Assembly: GCA_035420565.1 (NCBI GenBank)
Contig: DAOLVF010000002.1
Coordinates: forward strand, 5,896-69,895
Origin: Spirochaetota bacterium
GTDB taxonomy: Bacteria > Spirochaetota > UBA4802 > UB4802
DNA length: 64,000 nt
Reading direction: 5' to 3'
Every line of letters starts with the position of its first letter. Within the stretch, counting starts at the first letter, position 1. Below the pieces are notes generated by a model. The model did no database searches, was not told where the DNA came from, and worked only from the letters and a program-made list of their open reading frames with translations. This document shows positions 21,000 to 31,694 of this stretch, piece after piece. Both the position numbers and the translations under genes were made by a program.

Positions 21000-21518
21000 A
21001 TGGCAAAGGAACATAAAAATGCACCAATTATTTGTGCAGTTATTACCGGTATCGCACTAGCAGGAGCTGGTGTAGGCATATGGAAAAGTATGCCACTTAT
21101 TATAGCTCTCAGTATTATTCCAGCTATTGTCTATGAAATATACAGAACACAGGGTGTGTTTACAACATTGGCATCATGGCTAGCGCTGATCGTTACCATT
21201 GCAGCGCTATATGTTATCTATAAAAATACCATGATTGATATTGCCCCCTATATATCAAAATTTATGACACTGCCGGTTAATACAAAGCTTATACCTGTTG
21301 CATATGTTGCACCGGTTGTTCTTGTCATTATTGCTGTATTTTTGTTTAAGCAAACTGCAGGTATCTATACCCGCTGGTTAGCGCTTGTAATACTGTTAAC
21401 ATCAGTTGCGCTTTTCTATAGCCTGGACCCTTCATTTATTAAAAATCTACTTTCAACTCCGCAGGTTCAGCAAAACATCAAAGAAGGCGTAAAACGGGGG
21501 ATACGCAATATTCATTAA
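21000..21518 (+). CDS. hypothetical membrane protein (about 5 TM)
   Basis: Hydrophobic helices throughout. AAGGAGG RBS. Confidence 0.5.
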   Translation: MAKEHKNAPIICAVITGIALAGAGVGIWKSMPLIIALSIIPAIVYEIYRTQGVFTTLASWLALIVTIAALYVIYKNTMIDIAPYISKFMTLPVNTKLIPVAYVAPVVLVIIAVFLFKQTAGIYTRWLALVILLTSVALFYSLDPSFIKNLLSTPQVQQNIKEGVKRGIRNIH

Positions 21519-21523
21519 ACCTG

Positions 21524-22687
21524 TTACTGTATAGGCGCTGTAATTACTTTGTAATTATTACAGTACTTTTCATATATTGTCATTATACAATTATAATTAA
21601 TGGATAAAAATTCGTTAGCGGTAAATCCAACGGGATTTTCCTTCCTGTAGCTCTTGATATGAAATGAAGCGAGCACCCGTTGAGCATTGATCATATACTG
21701 TCCATCAATCTTTTCAATATACCCTTTCTTGATGCAAAATTTTAAAAACCGTTTTAATTTTTTGTGGCGATAGTTACTATCCAAAAGGTATTCATCAATA
21801 CCGGGCAGTTTCCCTTCTTTGACCAGCACAATAATATCATTGATGACAGTATCTAACTGTGATGCCAATTCTTCTTTTTTAAGAACTATCGCTTTATCAA
21901 TATTTTCAACCGCCATTGCCATGCGCTGGAGATATGTTGCAGCAATCTGACTGAAGGTTATGGTATGTAAACTTTTTAAAATTTCAGAAACTCTATCTAA
22001 AAATTTTTCTTTATCCCCAAGCATAAAAAAGGGCTCCCCAACATTTATAAAAATATCCTTTTTACCGGCTATGCAACGGTCAACCTTAACATTAATTGGC
22101 AGTATATATAATTTTTGCCTGAAGTGGCGATAGGTACTATCAACAAGCTGGAATATCCCACTGCGTAAATTTTTTAAACCTCCAAAACTCCACGTTGTCC
22201 CTTCCGGAAATATAAGCGTAGAAAAACCACTATGTATAGAATGTTTAAACTTTACCATCTGAGAGTGTATCTCATGTTTCACCTGATTTTTATTGTCAAA
22301 ATCTTCTATGAAGGGGCGTGGAATATCAATCAGTTTCATCTTTTTGAAAAAAGCTTTTGGCAACCCTGTTTTATCTAAAAAATAAAAAAAATAATAGAGC
22401 AGTTTATTCTTTTCTCCAAAATTTGATGCCAGATAGTTCCCACTTAAAAAATCTTTTTTTGCCATTACCACAAAGTGTGGACGTGGTTTCAATGAATAAT
22501 ATACCTTTGAAAGGGATGGCACCTCAAAATAGCTATCATGCGTAGGGGCAAATATTACAAGGTGGGGGATTTTTTTTAGATATTCTTTCCCTTTTAAATG
22601 AGCTTTATGCCGCATAATCAATGAAGCAACTTTAAAACAGAAAATAAAAAATTCATAGACTATGCCATTTGATGGCTGCATATACAT
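21524..22687 (-). CDS. putative lysophospholipid/glycerol-phosphate acyltransferase-like protein (PlsC-like)
   Basis: PTHDSYFE (H-x4-D-like) and FPEGTTW motifs resemble acyltransferase blocks I and III. The match is weak. Confidence 0.45.
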   Translation of the reverse strand: MYMQPSNGIVYEFFIFCFKVASLIMRHKAHLKGKEYLKKIPHLVIFAPTHDSYFEVPSLSKVYYSLKPRPHFVVMAKKDFLSGNYLASNFGEKNKLLYYFFYFLDKTGLPKAFFKKMKLIDIPRPFIEDFDNKNQVKHEIHSQMVKFKHSIHSGFSTLIFPEGTTWSFGGLKNLRSGIFQLVDSTYRHFRQKLYILPINVKVDRCIAGKKDIFINVGEPFFMLGDKEKFLDRVSEILKSLHTITFSQIAATYLQRMAMAVENIDKAIVLKKEELASQLDTVINDIIVLVKEGKLPGIDEYLLDSNYRHKKLKRFLKFCIKKGYIEKIDGQYMINAQRVLASFHIKSYRKENPVGFTANEFLSINYNCIMTIYEKYCNNYKVITAPIQ

Positions 22688-22817
22688 ACCTCAAACCACT
22701 TTACTGGTATAAAAATAAACTATTCACCAGCAATTGTCAATAGTAAAAAATACATTAAAGTATAATGAAAAGCATGGTGTTTTCATCTTCAAATGATTGC
22801 ATTCCTCTTAAAATAGA

Positions 22818-22970
22818 ATACCGTGTCATTCTGAGAGACCCAGTCCCCAAGAATCTATCCTTTCATAAAAAGCAGAGATTCTTCACTTCGTTCAGAATGA
22901 CATCCCCATGCCACAGTGAGATTTTTTTCTTCGACTTCGCTCCACACAGACGGCTTCAGCTCAGAATGAT
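22818..22970. repeat. MITE-like element copy C
   Basis: ATACCGTGTCATTCTGAGAG...CCAAGAATCT...AGATTCTTCACTTCGTTCAGAATGAC...GCTCAGAATGAT. Shares its 5' module with copy A and its 3' module with the copies at 36.3 and 49.0 kb. Confidence 0.6.
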
Positions 22971-23146
22971 AGACGCTAAATATGTTCATCCCTTATGGCT
23001 GGATGAATGCTCTGCCATAAGCAACTACCCTAAAATTGCCTAAAATAATATTCTATAGGTGTTATCGTTTGATTTATAATACAATATTTTTTTAAAATTT
23101 TTTATTTTTTTATTTTGCTATTGACAAGAATTGCTATATATTTAAC

Positions 23147-23182
23147 TAATCAATTTAATTTTTTAATTAAAATAATTGATTA
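23147..23182. promoter_or_regulatory. inverted repeat TAATCAATT-N18-AATTGATTA in the TetR promoter region (candidate TetR operator)
   Basis: Seen directly 26-60 bp upstream of the tetR start. A TTGACA hexamer lies at 23121. Confidence 0.3.
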
Positions 23183-23207
23183 ATGTCATGGATGACAACT
23201 TAAAAGT

Positions 23208-23948
23208 ATGGTTATTGATTACATGGAAGAATTTAAATATTCAAAGGAAACTCGAACTGTCATATTGCAGGCTGCAAAGACGGAATTTGCTGAAAAAGGC
23301 TATGATGGTGCCCGTTTAAGTTTAATTGCTAAGCGAGCGGGGGTAAACCAGGCACTTATCCACTATTATTTTTCCAATAAGGAAAAACTATACCTTGAAG
23401 TGCTGCAATACCTGTTTCACCATGGAGAAATCAGCATTATCCGGGAACATCTGAAAGATGTTACATTAAATCCTAAAGAGGCTCTTTTTACAGCAATCTA
23501 CATACTGGTATATCTGCATCATAATGCCATTGATCCTGAAATAAATAAAATTATTTCATGGGAATTAGCGCAGGGTGGCGATAAATTTAAAATGCTCCTT
23601 ACCGATTATATGTTACCCAAACTCAACATGCTGTCGCAGGTAATTCAGGAGGGTATAGAAAGCGGGGACTTTGAAACTGATGATCCTTTTCTTGTTGTCT
23701 TTAACCTTACCAATATGGTTTTATCATTTGAAAATAGCAAACAATATCTCAAAGACACACCATGGTATGATCGCTTCTATGGCGGTGATAATGGAAAAAA
23801 GTTATTTGAGTTTGCCTTAAAAAGCACATTCAAGTCATTAGCCCCCAAACATAAAGCTTGTGAGATACCGCAAATAAATGAGGATTTAAAACATAAACTT
23901 GAAGAAATTATGCAAAAACTTAAAAACACTTCGGAGCATGAAAAATGA
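23208..23948 (+). CDS. TetR/AcrR family transcriptional regulator
   Basis: HTH motif TRTVILQAAKTEFAEKGYDGARLSLIAKRAGVNQALIHYYFSNKEKLY. Confidence 0.85.
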   Translation: MVIDYMEEFKYSKETRTVILQAAKTEFAEKGYDGARLSLIAKRAGVNQALIHYYFSNKEKLYLEVLQYLFHHGEISIIREHLKDVTLNPKEALFTAIYILVYLHHNAIDPEINKIISWELAQGGDKFKMLLTDYMLPKLNMLSQVIQEGIESGDFETDDPFLVVFNLTNMVLSFENSKQYLKDTPWYDRFYGGDNGKKLFEFALKSTFKSLAPKHKACEIPQINEDLKHKLEEIMQKLKNTSEHEK

Positions 23949-25396
23949 CAGTTAAATGCAACACAATTTTTAAAACAATACTATCAGTATTCATGTATTT
24001 GGTACTGTTTATAATTACCGCAACAGGTACAATCTATGCACAAAATCCATTAACATTAAAAGAAGCTATAGATATAGCACTCAAAAACAATAACACCTAT
24101 AAAGTAGCATTATTGAAGGTGGAAGAAAACCGCTATAAGGTGCGCGAAAGCTGGGGGATGTTATGGCCAAAACTTTCTACGGATGTTTCCTATACCCGCC
24201 AATGGTATGAAGCCGGTTTCCAATCGCAGGTTGAAGGACAATATAATGTCAAAATTATTAATGGGGAGATATCTATAAATCCCGGTACATTTTATAATAC
24301 ATTACAATCCTCACGCAACAATTTTATTGCCAGCGAACATGATGCAAGGAGGGTAAAGGCTGATACAACTGTCACAACGCTGAGGCTCTACTATCAGATA
24401 TTGCTGACAAAGGAATTGATAGCCATGCATGAGGGATCACTAAAGGCATTGGAAGAAAATTTACGTATAGTGACAATTGGCTATCAAAAGGGAACTTTTT
24501 CAAAATTGGATTTTTTACGCGCCAAGGTAGCCTACAACAACGAAAAAACACAGCTGATCAATGCAAAAAATGATTATTTAACAGTGTGCGCTACATTTAA
24601 TATTCATCTAAACCGGGAAATAAATGAAGCCCTTATACTGGACGAATCTGTTTTAAAGGTGCATGATGAAGATTTACAATACCTTGTTCTTGAAGAAGCC
24701 AAAAAAAATGAGATCGTTGGACAGCTTATTGCATTGGCTTTGAAAAATCGTCCAGAACTTTTGCAATTGACTTATTCCAAGACAGCACTGGAATATGCAA
24801 CCGATGCAACCTCATCCGTTTATCTATGGCCAAGTTTTTTTGTGAGCGGTAGCTATGGCTCAAGCAAGAATATATCAAAGGATGGTGGGGGAGGACTTAC
24901 GCCAACAGGGGACCCAACTATAGACCCAATTTTACTGGCTATGAGTCAGGGTATGTCCGATAGTTTTGCTCCCAGTGGCTGGAACGACAACTGGATGATA
25001 ACCTTTGGTGCTACCTATAAGTGGGGTGGATGGTCACCACTGGATAGCACCCATGCTAAAGCTAAACAGTTAGAAAGCCAAACAAATCAGATAGATTTAC
25101 AACTACAGGATTTTATTAAAAGCATACGCCTTGATATCCAGAGTGGATTTTTAAAATTGGAATCAGCGTCAAACTCTATCTATTCACAGCAGGGTAATGT
25201 GGAAACTGCCGAAGAATCCTTAAAGACTGCTACCATACAGTTTAGAAATGGTATTATTGATAATTCAAAATTTTTAGAAGCAAATGTAGCTCTTATCCAG
25301 GCTAAAACATTGTATATTCAGGCATTATATGATTATAAGGTATCACAGGCCGAATTGAATAAGGCAACTGGTATTGATTATTTTACAATTCAATAA
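23945..25396 (+). CDS. TolC-family outer-membrane efflux protein
   Basis: Signal peptide and two OEP repeats with a coiled-coil/beta pattern. Start overlaps the TetR stop. Confidence 0.8.
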   Translation: MTVKCNTIFKTILSVFMYLVLFIITATGTIYAQNPLTLKEAIDIALKNNNTYKVALLKVEENRYKVRESWGMLWPKLSTDVSYTRQWYEAGFQSQVEGQYNVKIINGEISINPGTFYNTLQSSRNNFIASEHDARRVKADTTVTTLRLYYQILLTKELIAMHEGSLKALEENLRIVTIGYQKGTFSKLDFLRAKVAYNNEKTQLINAKNDYLTVCATFNIHLNREINEALILDESVLKVHDEDLQYLVLEEAKKNEIVGQLIALALKNRPELLQLTYSKTALEYATDATSSVYLWPSFFVSGSYGSSKNISKDGGGGLTPTGDPTIDPILLAMSQGMSDSFAPSGWNDNWMITFGATYKWGGWSPLDSTHAKAKQLESQTNQIDLQLQDFIKSIRLDIQSGFLKLESASNSIYSQQGNVETAEESLKTATIQFRNGIIDNSKFLEANVALIQAKTLYIQALYDYKVSQAELNKATGIDYFTIQ

Positions 25397-25424
25397 TTGC
25401 TAAACGAACCATGGAGGTTTTATA

Positions 25425-26351
25425 ATGAAAAAAGGCAGAGCAAAAACAATCTTAACTATTGTTGCTATTATAATTGCACTCATTGCATCCTATAGATTGG
25501 TCATGTTTGTAGTTGAGTTAATAAATCCCCAAAAACAGGTGGAAGAGGAGCATGTTGTCGCTGTTAAGGCTGCAAAAGCTGTTCGTATGGATATCACAAA
25601 GACCCTTGATCTAAGCGGTGATATTGTTGGCAAAGAGGTTGTTCATGTATTTCCACAGGTACCAGGCAAGGTTATGGAGATTCAGGTAAAAGAAGGGCAA
25701 TATGTTAAAAAGGGGCAGGTTGTATTCAAGATAGACAGAGACATAATTGGAATGGAATATATGCCGGCTGTGGTAGAGTCACCATTAACAGGCTATGTTG
25801 GCACCATCATGGTGGACAGAGGCATGTCGGTTACTACACAAACCCCACTTGCGCAGGTGGTAACCATGAATCAGGTTGAGGCTGTGGCACAGCTTATTGA
25901 GGAGCAGATTAACATGGTTCAAATTGGTATGAAGGCTAAGGTGCGCGTAGTATCATTCCCCAACACCTCTTTTACGGGAACGGTGTACCGAAAAACTGCA
26001 TTGCTTGATGCAGCAAGCAGAACACAGGAGGTACGTATACTTATTGATAATCCTCAGTTAAAACTGAGGCATGGCATGTTTGCAGATATTCAGATAATAC
26101 TTGGCTTTGTTAAAAAGGCTGTCATTATCCCGTCCGACTGCATTATGAGCGATGCTTCTGGCAATTACTATGTGTTTAAAGTAATCGACAACAAGGCATT
26201 TAAACAATCAATAACACCAGGCTATGTACACAAAAACATAACAGAGGTTGTATCAGGTATCAATGATGGAGATGTTGTGGTAACATTAGGAAAAGAAAAT
26301 GTAAAGCACGGCGTTAAACTGCTGGTATACATGGAAGAGATTAATTATTAA
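25425..26351 (+). CDS. RND efflux periplasmic adaptor (membrane fusion protein, HlyD/AcrA family)
   Basis: N-terminal TM anchor plus biotinyl-lipoyl-like and beta-barrel domains (VKEGQYVKKGQVVFKID). Confidence 0.85.
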   Translation: MKKGRAKTILTIVAIIIALIASYRLVMFVVELINPQKQVEEEHVVAVKAAKAVRMDITKTLDLSGDIVGKEVVHVFPQVPGKVMEIQVKEGQYVKKGQVVFKIDRDIIGMEYMPAVVESPLTGYVGTIMVDRGMSVTTQTPLAQVVTMNQVEAVAQLIEEQINMVQIGMKAKVRVVSFPNTSFTGTVYRKTALLDAASRTQEVRILIDNPQLKLRHGMFADIQIILGFVKKAVIIPSDCIMSDASGNYYVFKVIDNKAFKQSITPGYVHKNITEVVSGINDGDVVVTLGKENVKHGVKLLVYMEEINY

Positions 26352-26382
26352 GCGATAGCATCATTATAAGGAGTTTCATGGT

Positions 26383-29300
26383 ATGAAAATTACAGATATT
26401 TCTGTTAGCAGGCCAGTAACAGTTAGCATACTGTATATTGGTATTATTATACTCTCAGTTGTGAGTTATTACTTTATTGAATTAGACTTTTTCCCTGATG
26501 TTGAATTCCCTATTGCTGTAGTATACGTTGAATATGAAAATGTAGGACCAAAGGAGATAGAAAACTCGGTGACCAAACCTCTTGAAGAGGCAGTAGGGTC
26601 CGTTAATAATGTTGATTATGTTACTTCCGTTTCCAAAGAAGGCATGTCCTCAATCACCATTAAGTTCCAGTGGGGTACTGACATGGTAGAGGCAGTAGCC
26701 GATATCCGCGAGCGCATTGACATGGTACGAAGTAGACTGCCTGAGGGTATTGAAAACCCGGTAACTGTAAAATTTGATATATCAATGCTTCCTATTATGG
26801 GACTGGCAATAACCGGAGAGCGCGAGCGGTCATATATCAAGAAATATGCTGAGGATAATATAAAGAATCTTATAGAGCAAACTGATGGTGTTGCTTCGGC
26901 ACAGGTTGTAGGAGGTGAGGACCTTGAAGCTAAGGTTGAGCTCATTAAGAGCAGAATGGATGCCTATAGATTATCGATTGACCAGATTATACAGACACTT
27001 GCCCTTGAAAATCAAAATATAGCCGGTGGTGACATCAAAACCGCGTACACAAAATATACATTCCGTACCGAGGGTGAGTTTAAGTCCCTGGATGATATGC
27101 GCAACATCGTCGTTGCAGTGCGCAACAATACGCCAATCTATTTACGCGATATCGCTCGTGTTTCATTTGAGCCTGGCGAGGTAAAGGATATTGTACACAT
27201 CAATGGTGAAAATGGTACGGTAATGCTTATCCAGAAACAGTCGGGCAAAAATACTGTTCTGACTGTTCGAAATGTTTACAAAAAATTGGAATCGATAAAG
27301 CCAACACTTCCTGCAGGCTTTGATATACGTCCTATCTTTGATCAGGGGGAGATGATACAGTTCTCAATACAAAACCTTTTAAATAATCTTATTCAAGGAA
27401 GTATTATATCTATTGCTGTTGTTCTGCTTATATTGCGTAATATCAGGGCATCACTTTTAGTAGGGTTATCAATACCAATATCCGTTATCACCTCATTTGT
27501 TTTGATGTATTTATTTGATCTATCTCTCAACATGATGTCACTGGGCGGGTTGGCAATTGGTGTTGGTATGGTTATTGACAATGCTATAGTTGTAACCGAT
27601 AATATTTTTCGATATCGTGAAAAAGGGGCGCGCCTTAATGAGGCATCAAAACTTGGAACGGATGAGATGGGGGGAGCAATCACAGCCTCTACCCTTACCA
27701 ACCTTGTGGTATTTGTGCCATTTATGTTTAGTGCAGGGTTAGCCGCTCAGTTGTTTACCGATATGGCATTGACCATTACATTTTCAATGATGAGTTCATT
27801 GTTTGTTGCTTTAACCCTTATCCCCATGCTCATTGCAAAGTTTGTACCTACAATAGAGCATCACTATACCGGCAGATCAAATGTTCTACAGCCTCTATTT
27901 GATAAAAGTGAAAAATTCTTCATTGATTTAGAGAACTTTTATGGCAAAGCAATAAACTGGGCACTGGATAATAAAAAAAAGGTTATTGGCTTTGTTGGCA
28001 TAACCTTCCTTATTGGTTTAATATTGATACCACTGTCGGGGATGGAGTTTATGCCTGAACGCGACGATTCCAGAATAACCATAATGGCAACCCTTCCTAT
28101 AGGGACCAATCTTGATGAAACTACTAGAATTATGAAACTAATAGAAGAGCGCACATTGCCAATATTTAAAGAGGAAGAATTAAAGGTAGTCATGGTTAGG
28201 GCAGGATATGGAAAGGGAACCAATGCAGCATTTAATGATTTAACTGACTATAAAGCAAGGATCCAGATAGAATTAAAGATGCGAAAATACCGCGAACGAT
28301 CAAAGGCTGAAATACGTGATATTTTGCGAAAGGCATTACAAGGAATCCCAGGGGTTACCTATAACTTTACCTACCAGAGCAGGGGATCAAGTTCAATAGG
28401 AATGGGTTCTGAAGGAGCCACCATCTCCATTGAGGTATATGGTTATGACTTTGAACAATCCAATCAATATGTTCAGAGTATTACAAACAGTATTAAAAAC
28501 ATACCTGGTTTAAAAGATATAGATATATCCCGTGAAGAAGGCTTACCCGAAAAGGTAGTGGTGGTCAACAGGGAAAAGGCATCAAAGATGGGCATCAATG
28601 CCTATCAGGTTGCCAATCTTATCAAGGACAATGTTTCTGGTTTTGTAGCCTCTCGCTATCGTTTTGAGGGTGATGAGTACGACATCAATGTGCGATTGCG
28701 CGAGGCTGATAGGCAAACGGTTGAACAGATTAAGTCATTGGAAATTGACACTCCTATGGGAAAACGAATAAAGATAGGGAGCATAATTGATGTTATTGAC
28801 AAAACAGGGCCAACTGCTATAGACAGAAAGAATCACGAACGGGTAGTATACATTAACTGTAAGGCTGAAGGAAGAGCTCTCAGCACTGTTGCTGCAGATA
28901 TAAATTCAGCACTCAATAAAATTCCAAAACCACAAAATTTTTATGTATCAATTGGTGGATCGTATGAGGATATGCAGGATACCTTTAATGATCTGCTGCT
29001 GGTATTAATTCTGGGTGGCATACTAACCTATGTTATTATGGCAGCACAGTTTGAATCACTGATCAGGCCATTTATCGTAATGTTTTCAGTTCCTACCTGT
29101 ATGTTTGGTGTTTCATTATTCATGTTTTTAACAGGTTCACAGTTCAGTGTTGCTACACTTTTAGGTATCATTATGCTGGTAGGTATAGTGGTCAATAATG
29201 CGATAGTTCTTGTGGATTATACTGATATTTTAATACAACGGGGATGGGGTTTACGCGAAGCGCTGGTTGAAGCCGGAACAAAACGACTCAGGCCAATTAT

Positions 29301-29508
29301 GATGACTACCCTCACAACTGTACTTTCGCTAATCCCTATGGCATTCAGTGGCGGTGATGGATCTGAAATGTCACAACCAATAGGCAGAGCCGTTATGGGT
29401 GGCATGAGTACGGGATTTATTTTTACACTTATATTTATTCCTGTTATATACATGATCGTTGAAACCAGGCGTGAAAAGTATTCGGCAAAACATAAAGCAA
29501 AGTTTTAA
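26383..29508 (+). CDS. RND efflux permease (AcrB/CzcA superfamily, 12 TM)
   Basis: 1041 aa with the typical TM1-large loop-TM2..6 duplication and conserved AcrB motifs. Confidence 0.95.
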   Translation: MKITDISVSRPVTVSILYIGIIILSVVSYYFIELDFFPDVEFPIAVVYVEYENVGPKEIENSVTKPLEEAVGSVNNVDYVTSVSKEGMSSITIKFQWGTDMVEAVADIRERIDMVRSRLPEGIENPVTVKFDISMLPIMGLAITGERERSYIKKYAEDNIKNLIEQTDGVASAQVVGGEDLEAKVELIKSRMDAYRLSIDQIIQTLALENQNIAGGDIKTAYTKYTFRTEGEFKSLDDMRNIVVAVRNNTPIYLRDIARVSFEPGEVKDIVHINGENGTVMLIQKQSGKNTVLTVRNVYKKLESIKPTLPAGFDIRPIFDQGEMIQFSIQNLLNNLIQGSIISIAVVLLILRNIRASLLVGLSIPISVITSFVLMYLFDLSLNMMSLGGLAIGVGMVIDNAIVVTDNIFRYREKGARLNEASKLGTDEMGGAITASTLTNLVVFVPFMFSAGLAAQLFTDMALTITFSMMSSLFVALTLIPMLIAKFVPTIEHHYTGRSNVLQPLFDKSEKFFIDLENFYGKAINWALDNKKKVIGFVGITFLIGLILIPLSGMEFMPERDDSRITIMATLPIGTNLDETTRIMKLIEERTLPIFKEEELKVVMVRAGYGKGTNAAFNDLTDYKARIQIELKMRKYRERSKAEIRDILRKALQGIPGVTYNFTYQSRGSSSIGMGSEGATISIEVYGYDFEQSNQYVQSITNSIKNIPGLKDIDISREEGLPEKVVVVNREKASKMGINAYQVANLIKDNVSGFVASRYRFEGDEYDINVRLREADRQTVEQIKSLEIDTPMGKRIKIGSIIDVIDKTGPTAIDRKNHERVVYINCKAEGRALSTVAADINSALNKIPKPQNFYVSIGGSYEDMQDTFNDLLLVLILGGILTYVIMAAQFESLIRPFIVMFSVPTCMFGVSLFMFLTGSQFSVATLLGIIMLVGIVVNNAIVLVDYTDILIQRGWGLREALVEAGTKRLRPIMMTTLTTVLSLIPMAFSGGDGSEMSQPIGRAVMGGMSTGFIFTLIFIPVIYMIVETRREKYSAKHKAKF

Positions 29509-29520
29509 GGGGGAATTACC

Positions 29521-29808
29521 ATGGTGATGTTATTTATTGTATATCACAATGCTGTTGATGAAGAGGTTGTTGAGATAACAAAAAAGTATGCAAAAGGGTA
29601 TACAAAGTTTGTAGGTGTACTGGGTGAAGGGAATAAAGAGCCACAATTAGGGACGCATATATGGGGAGGGCTTAACAACTGTTTGATGGTAGCAATAGAA
29701 GATAATAAAATGAAAGATGCTATTGCGTCCGATATAGCATCTTTAAAGGTTAAATTTAAAGATGCTGGCGTTAGCATTTTTGTATTGCCGTTAAAAGAGA
29801 TGCTTTAA
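29521..29808 (+). CDS. small PII-like / DUF3240-like protein immediately downstream of the RND pump
   Basis: 95 aa. Beta-alpha-beta pattern with GYTKFVGVLGEG and IFVLPL. Its position after an RND permease is typical for DUF3240. Confidence 0.45.
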   Translation: MVMLFIVYHNAVDEEVVEITKKYAKGYTKFVGVLGEGNKEPQLGTHIWGGLNNCLMVAIEDNKMKDAIASDIASLKVKFKDAGVSIFVLPLKEML

Positions 29809-31694
29809 ATAGAGAGTGTTGTAAAGGGGATTGTCGGTTTACCGTCAATCCCCAGAGTTTTATATATCATATTTTGATCATCATCATCCTCAAAGCTTAC
29901 AATATCAATACATTCAGCGTACTGTTCTTTTATCCATTGGCCATATATCCCTGCACAACCTTTTGCCACAACAGCCGGCACAGGATAGGCAAAGTGATAC
30001 TGTGTAATTTCATCATAATTGCTGCGCAACAGTTTAATGATAGGGTTGATACAGCGGTAATGGTCTTTAGCTCTGAGATATGTTTTCAATGATTCAAATA
30101 CCTGGAAGATACGCACAGGCAGCTTATCATAGGTATCCTGAAAATACATCATCCTGCAATAAAAGGTATTATGTGTTGCTGTAAATACTTTGCTGGCAAT
30201 ATCCTCATCGTTAAGAACTGCATCATACATAAGGACAATTGAGCAGAGCATTGTGTCCCATGGATACTGCTGGATTATTAATTCTACGGCATGTTCAATT
30301 TGCGGGTAACTATCGCATAGCAAATAAAAGGTAATATGACTTGTTTGCATATAATCAAATACTTCCATAGGGATGGAACGGCGCTTTGTAAGGTCAATGC
30401 AGGCTCCCGATACAAGCTCCCCCTGCTGAAAAATGAACGATGGCAGGTATGGGGTATCAAAGGTAAACCCTGTGGTGTCTTCAAAATAACATGTGATGGC
30501 TGTTATATCATGCTGCGTAAAATTGAACCCTTCAATGAGGTAATAAGGTGGCTTTTGCAAAAATGTTGCACCTGCAGCAATTGCCTCATCATACAGAGCG
30601 GTACCCGGCAGCACCATCAGTGGGTAAAGTTCCAGTTCATTCCCAAGCCCTGCATCAAGCAGAGTGTCCATTGTTGTATAAAATGATTCAGGGGTATCAT
30701 AGGGAAGCCCGGGGATTATGCCAACCTGTAAATTGATGCCTGCATCTTTTAAATAGAATATCCCCTGTAGCTCTTTTTCCGGGTTTGTTTTTCTGCCAAT
30801 CTTTTGTAAACATTTTTTATTTAATGTTTGAATGCCTACCTCAGCGCTACGGAAATTGGCTTTCTTTAAGGTCATAGCAATGTTGCTGGTAATGGTATCG
30901 GCCCTGAGCTCAGTATGCAGTGAGACAGAGCATCTGCTGGATATCAGTGTTTGCAGATAATCATTGAAGTGTGATGATTGATTAAATGTAGGGGCTAAAA
31001 GATACAGTTCCTGTATTTCATCACTCATACTTTTTTTGATAATATCGGCAAGCTTGTGCGGCGGTAAGGCTCTGACCCTGCTGGTATTTTTAGAATAGAG
31101 ACAATAGGTGCATTTGAAAGGACACCCCCGAATAATTTCAACACTCAGGCTTTTATCATGCATTGGTGTGAGGTATCCAGATGTATAGGGTTCCACTATC
31201 TGTGACAGCGGAATAAAGGTGTCAGAGCCCTGAATAAAAACGGCGTTACCATTGACCATATGAATAAATTGTTTGCAGGTATTGTTATAGTAATGATTGA
31301 AAAAATATTCGCCTTCGCCAATGACAAATATATCTATGCACGGTTGGTGCTGTTTCAGGATATATGAGTTTACCTGTATTTCTGGACCACCAAAGAGTAT
31401 TATGATATGTGATGCCATAGCCTTAATCGTTTTAGCAATTGCCAGTGAACGCTCTACATTCCACAAATAGCAAGTGAATGCAACATGCGTTGGCTCATTG
31501 TGCAAAATATGATTCACAATCATCGAATCAGAGCCATAGTTCTGGATGCTATACGGCAGTTGTAATCCTTTCATGGTACCACCAGAGGTTAGCTCACAGA
31601 AGGCGTGCAGGGTTGCAGCAGCATTGGGGATATTACCGGTAATGTACTGTAATCCATGATCAATCAGCGGAAGTTGTACAAATTGAATCTTCAT
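29805..31694 (-). CDS. B12-binding domain radical SAM protein with a long C-terminal extension
   Basis: rSAM cluster motif GCPFKCTYCLY (C-x3-C-x2-C) preceded by a Rossmann-like B12-binding N-domain. About 250 aa of unassigned C-terminal sequence. Confidence 0.85.
   Translation of the reverse strand: MKIQFVQLPLIDHGLQYITGNIPNAAATLHAFCELTSGGTMKGLQLPYSIQNYGSDSMIVNHILHNEPTHVAFTCYLWNVERSLAIAKTIKAMASHIIILFGGPEIQVNSYILKQHQPCIDIFVIGEGEYFFNHYYNNTCKQFIHMVNGNAVFIQGSDTFIPLSQIVEPYTSGYLTPMHDKSLSVEIIRGCPFKCTYCLYSKNTSRVRALPPHKLADIIKKSMSDEIQELYLLAPTFNQSSHFNDYLQTLISSRCSVSLHTELRADTITSNIAMTLKKANFRSAEVGIQTLNKKCLQKIGRKTNPEKELQGIFYLKDAGINLQVGIIPGLPYDTPESFYTTMDTLLDAGLGNELELYPLMVLPGTALYDEAIAAGATFLQKPPYYLIEGFNFTQHDITAITCYFEDTTGFTFDTPYLPSFIFQQGELVSGACIDLTKRRSIPMEVFDYMQTSHITFYLLCDSYPQIEHAVELIIQQYPWDTMLCSIVLMYDAVLNDEDIASKVFTATHNTFYCRMMYFQDTYDKLPVRIFQVFESLKTYLRAKDHYRCINPIIKLLRSNYDEITQYHFAYPVPAVVAKGCAGIYGQWIKEQYAECIDIVSFEDDDDQNMIYKTLGIDGKPTIPFTTLSI

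Noticed and set aside
22765-23043. 92-aa ORF and the related 158-aa ORF at 36025..36501, which share a conserved peptide (VILR..PKNL...RFFTSFRMT)
   Set aside because: Both lie entirely within copies of the MITE-like repeat. The peptide similarity simply reflects DNA conservation. They have no RBS and contain inverted-repeat structure, so they are not called as genes.
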